Below are positions 1 through 15,120 of a DNA stretch of 64,000 nt, one piece after another. A program made the translations under genes and the position numbers. The notes below the pieces were generated by a model. That model searched no databases. It was not told the DNA's origin and saw nothing but the letters and a program-made list of their open reading frames with translations. This DNA is from Tubulanus polymorphus (taxonomy: Eukaryota > Animalia > Nemertea), in contig NC_134031.1 in assembly GCF_964204645.1 (NCBI RefSeq), positions 8,060,001-8,124,000 of the forward strand, read 5' to 3'. Numbering within the stretch: the first letter of the stretch is position 1; each line of letters starts with the position of its first letter.

Positions 1-2036
1 GCTTATGGTGAATGAAATTGGCTCTTCAAGATGTGTTCCCGAGGACCAATAAATTCCATACGCACTGCATTCTTCTGACCTGTCAGAGCGTAGAGAGTTG
101 AATATTTCATTCAATATTTTTCATGAAATGTGCATGAGTTACAGCTAAGTAAAAGTTGAAAATAACTAACTAGCATTACCGATATTCTTTGTTTTTAACA
201 CGGAAATAAAGTACTGTTCCAGATTTCATTTGCATGTGCCACAGGATCATACCGATCTCCCTGAAATTGTATTGCCTATAAACGATCTCCCTGAAATTGT
301 TTTGCCTATAAATCAGATAATGGCCGATTAGAGATTGAGTGAATGCCAGATTGAGAATCAGCAGTAGCAATTCAACTGTCAAAGCTCAACAGATTTGATT
401 GACAGAGATCAGCTGTTAAGTGCAAGACTATGACTATTCAGATGACTTGTTCACATTCCACTAGAAAACTATCCAAACCTCGTTAGCCGAAGTGAAAACT
501 TCAAAAACCTTGCTCAGGTTATAGCACGTTCAGATCTGAGAAGTTATCGCGAATGTAATAGCGGTTAAATATGTTGCTTATTGCAATAAGTCAGTGCATA
601 TTGCCAACCAGGGCTTCACTCATTGCCCCGTTTCCAAATTCTCAAAAAGCATGAATCACCGGATGTCACATGGCCAGAAAATGTTGATGGCAGGTAATGA
701 ACGGGTCAAAGAAAATTATTGATAAATCCAACAAAATGCACATTACAGTACGTAAACCCTTGCATTTCAAAACTGATGACCGTCCACTTTATATTCTACT
801 AGTGACATCAAATATAACTGTGACAAATATAACTAGAGCTCTGCCAGCAATACCTCTTTGGCGATGAAAATGTTCGACAAAAATAGATGGCAAATGGATA
901 GCGAAAATAATAAGAAGAAAATTAATTTTAATAAATTATTTGAAGCCTGCGAAAAATTTTTAGAATTTTTGGGATAAGCTAATGTTGAATTGCCAATTTG
1001 AAATCGAAGTTTTACGAAATTTGAGGAATTATGAGATTTGGCGATTGCGTAGGTGATACAGGTTTTCGACTGTAGTAGTGGTTTAATTTTACTATTGAAA
1101 ATTGTTATCAATTGATTACTTGCGACCGAATTCATTCACTTTGGCCTGAAAGCTGGCAACTTCATTGCCTCCATGGTTGAGGAAAGAGCTCTTCTGATGT
1201 CTGCTTTATCATGACTTTTGAGCATATCGTGTGACCTAGCCAGCCGGCCCGGTCCGGCCGGTTTGGTTGTCACTCGATATCCTCTTGAGTCTGGGTTGAA
1301 GTTGACAGTCATTTAAAATAACTTGTTTATGTTATTCTGTATGAATTACGCATGAAATTTGTAACTTTATTGAATTTGGGAATTTTATCCCGGAATTTTA
1401 TATATAATAAGGATCAATAAAGAATTGAATTGAATTGTCACCTAATACACATGCCAGCCATCAGAGGAAGCGGAGCCGTATATGATAGCTATGTTATTAT
1501 AAATTGCTAATCTCATGAAACCTGCATACCCCTAATATCGAACATATTTTCTAAAACATTTGAATATTGAAATTATATGTTTACATATTTTTATATTGAC
1601 CCCTTGTAGCCGCCGATGAAATTCACGCCAGCCCCACTCAGATCGTAGATAGCTTCGTCATTCCACTAGCATCCCCATGTCAGGGTCTTACTTTTATATC
1701 AGGCTTCCAAATCGTGAATACATCCGCCATTTTGACCGAATCATCCGATATTTACTTATCATTTCTATTTATGCCTGCCGCTTCTGATTTAATCACACAT
1801 CCTTCACTATTACAATACGTCTTCTAATGATATTCAATGCAATATAACATTTCGACGTTCAAATAGAGCTCATAATCACATTTGCAATGATAACCAAAGT
1901 CAATAGGGATCGATAGCTGCATTTAGACATCTTTCATCTTTTATCTGTCACTCAGTGATTTAATATTGTTTGTAATAAGCTTTGTCTTATTTCATATAAA
2001 TACCAGTATATGAAAATATTATCACTTGCGTTATGC

Positions 2037-2072
2037 CTGAAGAGGGGAAAATGTAACTCCCGAAAATGTTTG
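2037..2072 (+). ncRNA. Degenerate hammerhead motif in a Penelope pLTR relic
   Basis: CTGAAGA-g-GGGA...TCCC-GAAA followed by AATAAA. Confidence 0.4.
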
Positions 2073-4983
2073 CTAGAATAAATTCATATACTCATTAGAA
2101 AATGAGATTTGTACTGGTTTTGCTTCTATGGATTTTCAACTTTTCATCCAAATATGCTCTGCTTGGCTTTGAAAAATTTGACGCATTTAGAAAGTTACTA
2201 AAGAGTGAAGCCAGATGCATTAGATTTTTCATCATGTTGACATAATCATGAAAAGTGACTCCACTGCGGAAAGGAAATATAACCTACCGGTAAATTAAAG
2301 TCACTTGTCAATCAAATGCCAATCTGAACCTACAGATTTTTCCCTATGAGGTTTAATCAGGTTAGTTATCGGACTAGTGATGGGTTGATCGATGTAGACG
2401 TCATGATTCTCCGATACACAGCGCGATCAATAACCAGATTACTTAAAGATCACTGCGGAAAACAGCAGCGAGAAATTCCCAGTCACAGAACTAACTTTTA
2501 AACCTAAGATAAGAAATCCATTGAGCTTAATTATAAGCCGGGGCTTCGCCTATAATATAGCGATAGATGTTACCATACCCCCACCATCAAGGAAATTGCC
2601 CTAAACAAGTGGTCGGGTGGACTGATTGGAGCAATCGCAACCAACTAATGACTCGCATTCCATTCATTAACTGGTACATGTACTGGCACATGTACGGATC
2701 AATACATGTATCTATATACATAGACAGAATGAATAATATAAGATGGTTTGAATGCTAAAGCAAAAGCTTAAGGTATAAATGGATGTGCTATTAGCATGTT
2801 TGATCGACTGATAAATGTTGGTTTTGTCATTCATATTCGGCATCCGTGATAAACTATCGCACACGTAATGAATAATACAACAGTATACAAAGTTCACAGA
2901 AATAATTAGTATTCCATAATGTTGTCACCAGAGAAACAGATTCACGAGCTGGCAGCTACCATACACCACAGGTGCTGACTTCAGGGGGGTGGATATAAAG
3001 CTAAATAATGATGAAATAACCAAAATATTCAGGAAAGGCAAGAGGGCATTAACCCATATATCAATTCTGGTTAACCTGTAGGATTGATCATGATGAAGTC
3101 ATAGATTCATAATAATTCTTATACACAACAGCCAAATCAGCCTGAAGCTAAACTGTATTAATGTAACCAATCTTCAAAATGATATGTGCATCATTTGTAT
3201 GCCAAAATACACTTTCTGAATTGAGACGGAACGGTTTTTTGTTTGTAACACAGACAGTTACCAGAAACAAATACTCAGATTTTTCCATTAATTAGTGCGA
3301 TTTCTGAATAAAATTGACAAACAAAAGGGTTTTGTGAAGTAGCAGAAACCACATGCATTTTTGATGTAATAAGAGACAGGCAGATATGTTTAGGTTATGT
3401 ACAGGTAATGATAGATACAGTGATATTCAATTAACAGCAGTTGGGACATACAATGATATCTGGATATTGCGATAGCCAGATGTCGAGTTGAATATTTCAA
3501 TCATTCAAAGACATGTGTACCCAGATTTCAAGGCTTTATGTCTTTCTATATTCGTTAAATTCAATACGGTGGAATAAAAAATGATCTTTATTCTTATAAT
3601 CTTACATAGTAATAGCAGGCGCAGTCAGTTTTTAGGAATTTTTGTGCCAACCTTTTTCAATGAGTAGGCTATGCCATCTAACACCAACCTAGGCATTGGT
3701 GACTAGTGATAGAAATATGTCAGGATATTTTTCTAGTTCGAATTCAGTCTTATTTTGAAATTAATTTAACATTTAGCAGACGATAAACCTTAAATTGAAT
3801 TTGATTGACAAATAACAGGTAATTTACCCTTTCGTGACCATTCAAAATTCATAAATGATAGCAGGTGGGTATGATTAGGTATGAAGGTAGAAAAAGCTAG
3901 CCTTACACAATTTGTCAGATAAATCTACTACTAAATTTACTAGCGAATGATTTTCTCAGAATTTCTTGATTATGGAAATTCTACTTGTCATAAACATTCG
4001 GCAAAAAGCATTTTCATCTACAATACAGATCACATGAACATTTTTGGCCCGGAACAACTGTTCACACGGGTGCCAAATGGGACCAGGCCCGTTTTGGCCC
4101 AACCAAAAAAGACCAGACCTGAGCTGAGCCAAATTTTAGCGTATGTATTGCTACAGGTACAGGAAGTGAGTCACTTCGCTTTGTATAGTATGGAGTGAGT
4201 GGTTTATGTGTGAACGCACTCTACAATTAGGCGCTGACCAATTGAACCGTGGCAATTTGGTCTGGGCCGAATCGTCTCTGCGTGGTCGCAGCTCATGAAT
4301 GATGACTGCCAAGAACAGAGATCGCAGCTAATTATGTAACAATTGACTGATTGAAACCCCCCGCCAGGGATTCAAGCCTGAAACCCTTTCTCAGTTTATG
4401 ATATGCCCTAGAGGAATACTTATATCAAACATCAAGATGAAAGTCTTAAAAATTTCCCTCGAAAAGTCAAAAACATGCATAGAGTGCTGAGTATGGTGAA
4501 TTTTATGTCGGAAGCTTTTTAGGATACTCTCATTTTTACTCTCAAATCTAATACCAGAAAATTTGGCAAATTTTGCTTAAAATCGGCCTCATTTTTTATG
4601 GACTTTTTTATTAGCTTTTGCAATAAAGAACTAATTTAACTAATGCCTTGTACTGTTCCCCTGATCAGAAAACTTCTAAATACAAACAAGCATTGGAAGC
4701 ACGAGGAAGCTGGGTTAGAGAAAACTATGTTTGCAGAATTGCAGGAAGATAGATGATTATTTGTCTAATTCATCAATAAAGTATGATACGTGCATGTGAT
4801 AAATTGCTTTAAATAGGCAGATAGTTGATCATAATGACAAGAGGACAAACATCACATTGAAACAAAGCAGGCATAATAAATTGAAAATGTATCCAGGGCA
4901 GGAACATCACCCAGGCGCGTTTCCAGGCTATATTCCGTGTATGCAGTGGTGATTGGAAAAGTGCCCTTATCACTGATCTCTTA

Positions 4984-5245
4984 AGCCGCGATCTCACGAG
5001 CATTTTTGGCCCGACCAAAAACGTCGCCCAAGGCCTGAGCCAAATTTTAGCACCAGACAAATGATTGCGTTTGAATTGCAACTGGCACTGGAAATGATCC
5101 GCGTAGCTTTGTTTGAGCATTGTTTAGTATCGAGTGAATTTTTTGCGTGTGAACGCGCTCTCTAATTAGGTACTGGCAAAATTTGGCCAGAGTCTGATCC
5201 GTGCCAATTTGGCCCAGGCCAAACCATGTCTGTGTGATCGTGGCA
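4984..5245. mobile_element. Short MITE family (relatives at ~4028-4293 and ~11159-11334)
   Basis: agccgcgatc.cac TIR and shared catttttggccc / aatttggccc motifs. Confidence 0.65.
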
Positions 5246-8200
5246 ATTGTGAACAATTCTACAAAACAGTTTCTGTCCGTTATACCCTGAAAAACAGTTC
5301 ATATATACAACATTTCATGCGGGGCTATGATACCACAAAGGCTCCTGTCAATTGGTCAGTGGCCATAAAAAGGTGCCTTAATCTAGAATATAAAATGCTA
5401 TTCTGAATTTGAAATACAATGGAAAACTGGTCCTGGATCCGCACTGTGAACCTATCACATTGAAATTATTTCATTGTCCCTACATTTTCTTCTACAGAAG
5501 CAAACGTACTACAGTGCAGCATCAGATGCATTGATATTGAATTTCTCTCCCGATATTATTGATTTTTTCAAATGTCCCTATTACTTGGCGGCACAATCAC
5601 TGTTTTGTAACCAAATTCCTTTCCCTTATCACACAGAATGGCTCTGGATCGACCCCTGACAATTCTGTATAACAAACAAAAAATACATCACCTCATTACG
5701 TAAGTCAAATTGACTAGTAAATCCAACTTGTCATATTGTGTCATCTCGGGATTAAGAACTTAATGTCGTCCAATTAAGCCATAACCTTATGTCATGACTA
5801 GACAAGTCGACAGTATTCACAGTCATAAAGAGTTAATCATAACGCACTACCAATGTTCAAATAATGTAAAATTCATAATTTCATTAGCCATCAATCAGCG
5901 GTCTCCACCTCGCAGAACATACAGAATATTCTGCGAATTTCATGATACCACATCTAACCAAAAATTGGAGATGGTTAAAATTCACATGTTCACAAGTAAC
6001 TCAGACGAATAACTAATCCATGTATGAGTTTATACGACATAATGCATAACGCAACTAGAGTTCATATTCTCTGTTTCGAGATAAGATTAGTCTTTGTATC
6101 ATGGTAGTTATTATGACAGACAACACACCTTATTGGCATTATAAGCTGCACTGTTTATAGTTATCCACACATGGAACTAACCACAGTTTTTCACGCCAAA
6201 CATACAAACTACGTGTTTGATAAGTATGTTAAAAGTTTCGGCGATTTGGCGAAAATGCTAGACCGAATATAAATACCATAATCATACGAAAATGAGTTTA
6301 TTTCCCTCTTCACTATTGCGACTGCAGTGCATGTAATTTCATAACGCAAGTCAACTGCATGTTGTTATTAGTGATGAAATTAGTACGCAACAATGGAATT
6401 AACTACCAACACAAAATGTTTCTAAACGCAACCACATTTCATTCATAGGTCATATACGATGGAAAAGAAAATTCCACCAAGCTAGGGGCAGATGAATATT
6501 TAAAGGAAGGTTGTGGGGTAACAATGAGATAAAGAGCCTTTAGAAATACATCATTCATAATAGCTATCATCACTAGACCAGCTTACCTGTATCTCCTGGT
6601 ATGAGTATAATGAAATACCATTTTAGCCACAGCCAACATTTTAACAACAGGGAATTTAATGAAAATGATTATTCCAATATATTCGATTTTCCATTTAAAG
6701 AATTTGAAGCTTGATATTCCGAGGATCGAGTCTTACGTAATACTCAGTTTAGATTATAGAAAAAGAATCGAATCACTGACGACCCTTAATCGTCCAGAAT
6801 AATGTACGACAAATTCATAATCCTCAGTCAAATGGATTGGTTCATATCTGCGTTAGATTGCGAAATAAATGAAGAAAACTAGATATAGAAAGAATGATAT
6901 GAACACAATACACTCCGCTAGATCCAACATGATGACGGCATGGTCTCATGTGCCATGACTTCATTTTATGTATACCAGTCTAGCTCAACACAAACATTTG
7001 CGGAGATGTTTATCTATCTTCCTTCGGGAAGATGGATACATTTACCGTCATCTCTTGTATTGTCATATGGTATCAAAACAATTCACGAATGCAGTTCAAG
7101 GATTAGCAAAAATTGCTTTTGCTGCAAAACAAATCCACTGCGAATCTTGATCTGACAACAGCGAACACCTCCTTAACGCGATAAATCATGCATGCACAAC
7201 GATGCTATCAATTCCACGACGATCCAAAATTTCCCATTCACAGATTCACAAATGATGTGGAAAATTTCTATGACCAAACAACATTTTACTTAATATTCTA
7301 AACCGCCTCCAGCAATGCTGTAACCATCAACCATTTCCACTTTCAGATCTTAGATAATCAAAGTGTCGAAAGCTATACCATAGCTGTGACACAGTGTTCA
7401 ACTGCAGGCAAACGATATTGGAACAACAGGCAAGTGTTATGAATCTGAACGGCAAATTCAATCAATTCTTCTATGCCTTCTGTAAGCTACTTAAGATGAA
7501 TAGACGTCTCTTAGACAGCTACATCAATTCAACAGCCTCATGACTTAAATACTTCAAACATCATCTGGATACGCGATTTATCACAAGAATCATGATTGAC
7601 GGATAATGACCCTGGGTCTCTGAAATGCGAAGAAGTGCTAAAAACCAGCATAAGCCGCGTTCACACTAGATTCGATACTTATAAAGTACCGCACCGCCCT
7701 GGTGCCGAATTCACCAAAATATGGCGCTTACACAGCTAGTAACATTCACACGGTGAGTCGGCAATTCAGCACTTAGTAAGCCCAGTATAGTAGTCACCCG
7801 GTGTGCCGATAGAGGGGAGTGTAAATAGTGCTGAGTGTATTGTACTACGAAGATGTAAATACGAGGCTAGCTAAGCGCTGAATCTGCGTTCACACTACAG
7901 AAAATACGTGGCCAGCTCAGTTCCGTATTCAGATCGAATTTTCGGCGCGGAATCGCATTGACCGATGTCTACTGGTTCCCATCCTTGCTTGCCACGGGTC
8001 CAGTATCGCTCCCGGACTCGCTTGATTTCATTTGCACATTTTCTTTTGCACATGACGTCATATAATGAAGATGTAAACGATCTTGTCAAGTTGTGAAAAT
8101 ATTTTCTAGTTTGCTAAAATGTTAGCTGATTGGACCATTAACCGGAAATTCAACATAAGCCTAATGTCGTTAATTACTGGTAACGACTCAAACGATTCAC

Positions 8201-8282
8201 AAGGTGAAGGGGATCGGATAATGGTTTCAGCTTAGTGTGTTTGAATCCCTTGACAGGTGAAGATAACTGGTCCCATTCCTAA

Positions 8283-9192
8283 AGGCTGGCTTATGTCGAC
8301 AAGCAACGCGACGCCTACCAACTCCTACCGATGTAACTGAGAGCTACCGCGATCGCAGCCCAGCTTATGTCGACTGCGCTCCAATTCGCAGCAACTGAGG
8401 CCGACTAGCGGGATACGAGATCCTTCCAGTTGCTTCCCTGCTTATGCCGGTTACGATTACTGGCAATTGCAACGGCTCAGATGATGACGTGACAAGCATT
8501 TTGAGAATAAATTTGAATTATTGGGAAATATATTTCTATTAGAAAAGACATTCCTTTAAAATCTTTCTGGGTTCTGGTTTGAATACGATGTGCTAGCGAC
8601 ATCTTATAAAGATGGCCACTCACACCACAGGGGGTTGTATCAGAGTTTAAGGTAATGTAAAAATGATAATCTGTTAACAGATTATCGTTTTTGTCCAATG
8701 TCTCTAGAGTATATAGACATTGGATTAACAGATTATCGTTTTTTCATTACCTAAAACTCTGATACGAGCCCCTGTGGCTCACACCACAATTCTACCAATT
8801 TCGTCTCTAGATCGTCGGTCCAGTCATCTGCCGTGCTGAAGGTTTGGTTTACGTTTTGAACTACTTGAATTTGAAAGTTATTGACTAATTACGAATGACG
8901 CTAACTAGTGGTCATAATTTGTAGTAGGTATATGCGGTCTCTTATTGGCTGGAACCCCTGCACTCAACTCCGTCATTTTGTCAGTTGCGATCGAAAGCAA
9001 CTGTCCGCCCACCGTAGGCCGGAGTAGAACATGGGCAACAAGCCGGATACGGCTTGCGACGAGTCAGTAGGCGTCGGGTTGCCGTCTTATGTCGAAACGA
9101 TAGACCTCTCGTAGGTCGCTAGATGCCGCTAATCGGTGATAAACCCAGTTGTGTCGGTAGGCGTCGCGTTGCTTGTCAACATAAGCCAGCCT
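8283..9192. mobile_element. PIF/Harbinger-type MITE
   Basis: TIR aggctggcttatgtcgacaagcaacgcgacgcctacc; TAA TSD on both sides. Confidence 0.9.
8625..8777. mobile_element. 153-bp palindromic mini-element nested in the MITE
   Basis: ccacaggg...ccctgtgg foldback flanked by direct CTCACA; absent from the 33-kb copy. Confidence 0.7.
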
Positions 9193-12100
9193 TAATATTC
9201 ATTGTTTCCACTTGTAAAGGATGTGTGGTAGGTAAGCTCGCAATGATATTACAGCGCACTGAACAATCAAACTGACCGAATGAATGTATATCTTGCTTTT
9301 AGGAAGCAGAAAATGAATCAGTGCCTGACCAACAGCTATATTGATATGCTTAAGCAATCTTACAAAAAAATAATAATGAATGACAGAAACATTCTCGTCA
9401 TTACAATTGCATTAAGATGTTTGTAAGTCGAAATGTAAAAAATACATAGAATGCGTATATGTTTAGAATAGACCAGGAGAATGTAATTATTCCCACTCTA
9501 CTCTATTTTCAATAAGTTCCTTACAGATTTCTTCAATTGTTATGTGAAATTCATGCCTTAAGCCTGCTGCACACTAGCAACAACCAATATAATACGCCAG
9601 TGCAGAATTCCCCGTGCAGGTAAAATGTATGTGTATTTGTTTCTGGCATAATTGGCGCAGATATCTAACATTTTTCATTGCAACAAACCCAAACACTTGA
9701 GTGTGTGTGTCATTCAGGGTATAACATCAATGCGCCAAAACAGTGGCCGTTGTCACTAGTGTGCGGGGATTGTTTTTTTTACGTCAATGTTGCAGATAAA
9801 TTGGACAGTGTATTTGCTGCAGTCAGAATGTGCAGAGGACATTACCCAATAGGCCAGGCTGGTCTAAAATGTGATGCATGGAGTAATATACAACATTAAA
9901 ACAGTTAAAAACTTAACAAATTCAGGGCTAACGCAGGGTACTCATCTAATACAATAGAGAATACAAGTTAGAAAATATTTTTTTATTTATTTGCTTAACA
10001 TAGTGACATGTAATGAGTTTCTATTACTATATAACATGCACCAAGCCCACAAAATTGGACTTAGTAGTCACTCTACTCACCAAAACAGAAATTCAGTTGG
10101 CATAGGATTGCCAATTCCACTTTATTTTACATTATTGAATAAAGAAAATATAGAAATTTACTGTATGTAGTTCATGTAAGTTAAGTGAGCGTGTGTTCCA
10201 TCAATGGTTAGGCCTGTCAAATGAAGACCATTTTCTTAAGTTAAGAAAATGACTTCGAAGCCCCCTCTCATGAAATCAATTTTGTCTGATAATTCACGAT
10301 TGCACGAGCAGTGAACAAACTTTATACCAAATACCAAGCCACCATCATAGTACCACCACACATGCTATTTCTGAACCTGTGATTTTTTATCGTAAAAATA
10401 CAACCAGCATCATGATACTCGGTAGATATTAATTGCCGCTTCACCGGGTGAGTAAATCAAATCATTAGGTATATACATACATGTAATTTAGGCCTTTTTT
10501 TTACCTCACAGGAAGAATTCTCTTGCAAATAAAATATGCCATTCTTTTCTAATAAATTAGAGAAAAATGTCAAAAACATATAATCGTAGTCGGTTGTAAT
10601 CTTAAAACGAACGAGCAAAACGTCATATCAAAAGAGCACAGTTCTCATGTAAATTTCTACAATTATTCTTCTCAGTATAGTGGTTCAAAACCATCGATCA
10701 CTTGTCTTTCAGGTTGAAGGATGTATTTGTCAAAGTTATATAGTTTTACATTCAGTACTGTAAAACCCAGAAAATCTATCAATTGGGCTGATAAGATAAA
10801 TCCAGATGAAAAATAATCTAAATGCTAGACTTATGGACAGTAAATGTCCAGATTAGAGCAAATCCAGATTTAGCCTATTGTGGAATTTACATGTACAAAT
10901 TCGAGCAAATCCAGATTTAGCCGATGCAGAGTGGAATTCACAAGGTTTTTATCTCATGACATATTGTATGTATAAGAAGATAAACTTTGAACTTAAAAAA
11001 AAGTAACCACAAATTTTCAATACATTATGAAAATGCTATGGTTATGATATTTTCAATTATAGTAGATAGACTGAGATTGTTAATGAAGAAAAAAGGATAT
11101 TACACATTAGTTACCAAGTTACCACATTGATACGCGTTCAAATTCACGAATTAATATAAGCTGTGATCACCCGTATGAACATTTTTGCCCAGTATAATTG
11201 TCCACACAGGTGTCTATTTGGCCAGGGCCAAATTTGGCTCCACCAAAATTCTCTTATTAGGCACAAGCCAAATTTGACTCAGGCCTGATCAATGCCAATT
11301 TGGCTGGGCGAAATCATCTGTGAGATTGCGGCTATATTCAGACGATCTCCCGACCATATTTCAGGCAGAGTCGAGTCCCGAGTATCACTTGGGATCACGT
11401 CTTCTCTTTGTAAATCATAAGAAATCTGGAATAAACCCTAGTTCTCATATGAGGTACAACAACAAATCAGTACTGTACAGCCTTCTAGCAGTCGTCTAAG
11501 ATACAAATAAGCTGATGATTATAGGTGGTTGGTTATTTTTTAGATATACGATAAAAAAAGGCTACCAATCAGATGAAGATGAGCAAATGAAATAGGTTTT
11601 AGCAGATATTGTCTTGGTATGCAGTAAAAAGAGATCCACTCCATTACAAACTCAGTCAATCACTGAATTACTTATTGTGAACGCGCATTCATGAAGTAGC
11701 ATTACCAACGCAAGTGGGATACATAAACATATGTAAGATGAAGATAATAGAATGAAGCATCATCAAAATTTCCCTTGATAACTTCGAAAATATGTAATAA
11801 GTACTGATTTCATATTGATTGGGTCAGTTTCTGAGCTGCAGATGTGTTAAGAATATATATATATGAAGGAATGAATAAGAATATCAAGAAAATCCATTGT
11901 AGTATCCTCAAAACATTCCAAAAATAGACTTACGCCTTGCGGCCTACAATACCCTATGTAATAACCTCTCCTCCTGGAAGCAATGGACTTTTATGTGCAA
12001 CACATCTTTACAATTTTCAAATTTCAAATACTGCTATCAGAGACATAAAAATAATCATCATTCGAATGAAATCAGATTTGTTGCAGGGATAGAATATGAC

Positions 12101-13693
12101 CTTGAAATTTTGCCAAGGGATGTATCATTCTGCTGACTACATATATGCAACACATCTTGATTAAAAAATCTTTTCCTGTTTGAAAGTTTATACAAAATCG
12201 TATTCATGTACTTCTTTTTATGTACTCAGCACCCCCTGAAAATCATATGACCTTGAAAATCTGCACAGGGGCGTATAATTCCATGGGCTGCATATCTGTA
12301 ACATTTCTTTGTAACTAGACGTAGCTATGCCACGTATGCCTCCACGGGGTAAGCTAAATAAGTGAGTTTACTTAATTGTTGTTTGACTTTGCAAGAATTA
12401 TTGGTCGAACACACAGATTTGTTTTTACTTTCATATTGCAGGCTGTATCATGCTAACAAGTCAAGATGGCTGCCCTGGCGGCCATATTTGATGCCCGATT
12501 ACCTCTATTTTCAATAGGGATGGATATCTTACCTGCTTCGATCCTAAAACAGTTTCAAAATCAATCGAGAATTGTAGGCTGTATCACATAAAGTTTCATG
12601 GATAACCTCAAATCCTCACACTAAATTTTATGGAAATCCAACAAATGTGGCCGCCAGTCAGCCATCATGGATCCAACCACAAAATAAAACGCAAGTGTAC
12701 AACCTCATATCCAAAGAAACATGTATTAAGTTATAAAGTTACAAGAAGAGAGATCCTGTAGTTTAGGAGATCTACGAACAACAGATGACTACACCCCAAG
12801 TTGGCTAAAAACCTGCAGACACAAATGTTGACAAACAAAAAAGTGCAGATGGGGAAACCATTAATATAGAGAACCTATGTAGGGTTCGTTTTGTTAAACC
12901 ACTCACAAAAATACTGATACAAGCATTTTTTCTCAGTGTGATAAGTGATTTCATCCACAATAATGTAGAAAATCAGACAAATAGCTGCTCTCATTCCTAT
13001 ATCAAAATTCAAAAGTAATGTAGAGATGATTGAGCTTTTGATGTTGGTTTGGTGGCAACTTCTTGTCCTGACAGCCATCAATGAACAAAAAAGCTGTGGT
13101 AGCGTGTGATGGAATAAATGTCATTTTGATCAACTCGTTGATGTATGCAACTCATCAGTATTCATGACAATTTTTGATGAATACAGCAAAAGCTGAATTC
13201 TGCCAGCAGCCACACGCAATTATTGCCAGTGCAGAGTAGTGCAGCAAAGAAAACAAAGACCACATGGAATGACGAAAACAAGAATGTCAAAAACTTATTG
13301 ACAGTCAAACTATCTATACTTAAATGCTTTGTATCAATCTATTATGTGAATAAATACTTATACTTATACTTATAAACTGGCACAAGTCATCTTAGCAGGG
13401 ACCATCATTATGTTGACTACTATAAGGCAAATGAAGAAATACACTTTTGAATTTGAAATACAAATTGGGACTAACTAAAAGCAATGTGATGACTTATCCA
13501 ATAACAATTCGACTGTATAACTTTGAAAGGATTAATTTGCTGATGTTTAGTATTGAAAATAGATTTTGACGGAATTTTTTTTAGTTTGCAATCTATAGCA
13601 AGTTATTTACATCCTTTATTGTATCTGTAATCAAAACTTTTATATCTACATTTAACTTTGCCACAACTTCAACATGCTTGCTTAACTCTCAGA

Positions 13694-14347
13694 AGCCACA
13701 TTCATACTACTTCTAGTTCTAAACCGTTCCAAATGGGTTCGCACCGGGAACGGAACAAATTTGGAACGGACCAAATCAGAGTGCGCGTTCACGCACGCAT
13801 TGCTAAATTAGCAACATATAGTTATGACTGGCCACGCAAGCTGGGTACTTTGCTCAGGAATTTATATCTAAATAATAGATTTATGAGTCCTCGGCTGTTT
13901 TTTCAAAATTTTAATGATTGTAGTTTATCATATATCTTGACACATATCAAATCTATGGTAAATTCTAGGACATTTTCAAAACACTCTGGACACTCTGAGG
14001 AGAAACACGCAATAGACAGATTTTAAGATACATAATAATCTGTTAGCCTATCTATTAAGTTTTATGCAATACAGAATTCATGAGAAATCTGAAAACTATA
14101 TTAATCAGCTTGATGAAATATTCATAATTTATTACAATTGAATTCATATTGTAGAGTTCTATTTAAAACAGTTTCTGACCACACAGAGATTTGAGTCCAT
14201 TCCAATTTGGAACAGACCTTGGTCGGTTTTTAGGAAATGGAACGGTCTAAAATTGAACAGACTTTTTGCTAGTGTGAACGCTTGGTCGATACTTAATTGG
14301 AACAGGTCAATTTATACAGTTCTTAGCAACGTAGTGTGAACGCAGCT
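13694..14347. mobile_element. Related Harbinger-type MITE
   Basis: Degenerate TIR agc.gcgttcacactac; AGA on both flanks; ttggaac repeats. Confidence 0.7.
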
Positions 14348-14849
14348 AGAGAATTGGAGATCATTCGTGAAATACAAAATGAGAACTGTTGTAGAAATCG
14401 ATTCACCAATGATGGAATTGCAAAACAAACTGAGCGAGATTGTGATTTATATCGACAACGCGCTTCATCATCTATAAAGTTTTAATATCACGGCACATCA
14501 AACAAGCAGCCATATGACTGCCAGCAGCCAAGCATAGTACATGGAATGAGATTACGGATACATCAAATTGGATCAATTGGCATTAATTCAATCCAATGAC
14601 GCTTTTTAAAAACTTACCAGAAACTAAGTACAGCGTATCTATTTTTTAGATATGCAGTAGACTCCACTAGTCGGATCTTTTTGGACCGCGAAAGTATGTC
14701 TCAAAAATATAATAACAAAAATCAGAATAAAACGGTCATCAGAGACGATCGGATCCAACTTGAGTGAAGACTACTTACAGTGTCGGCCCCACAATATCTA
14801 GTCATTAGTGCAAAATAAATCATCCATTAACTATCAATCGTTGCTAGTC

Positions 14850-15120
14850 ATACCTCCCCCCGCATTAATCTAAATTCTGCCGGGCATAGTGTCTTCTCAT
14901 ATTCTGCCCCATTACTCTGGAATATGATACCTAGTCTAATCAAATATAGTCCTTTGATGTTTTTGAATCTTATCCTGAAACTAATTTGTTCATAAAAAGC
15001 TTTTAATCTAACCCATTTTAGTTCTGTTCTGTTCTTTTTTTATATATGATGTAAAATCGATGAGCATATTACATATGGATTTTAGGCTGAATAAATTAAT
15101 GTTGTTATTGATTATTATTA
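14850..15120 (+). mobile_element. L2-type LINE 3' relic
   Basis: G...FSYSAPLLWN.IP motif, then TTA-rich tail. Confidence 0.5.
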
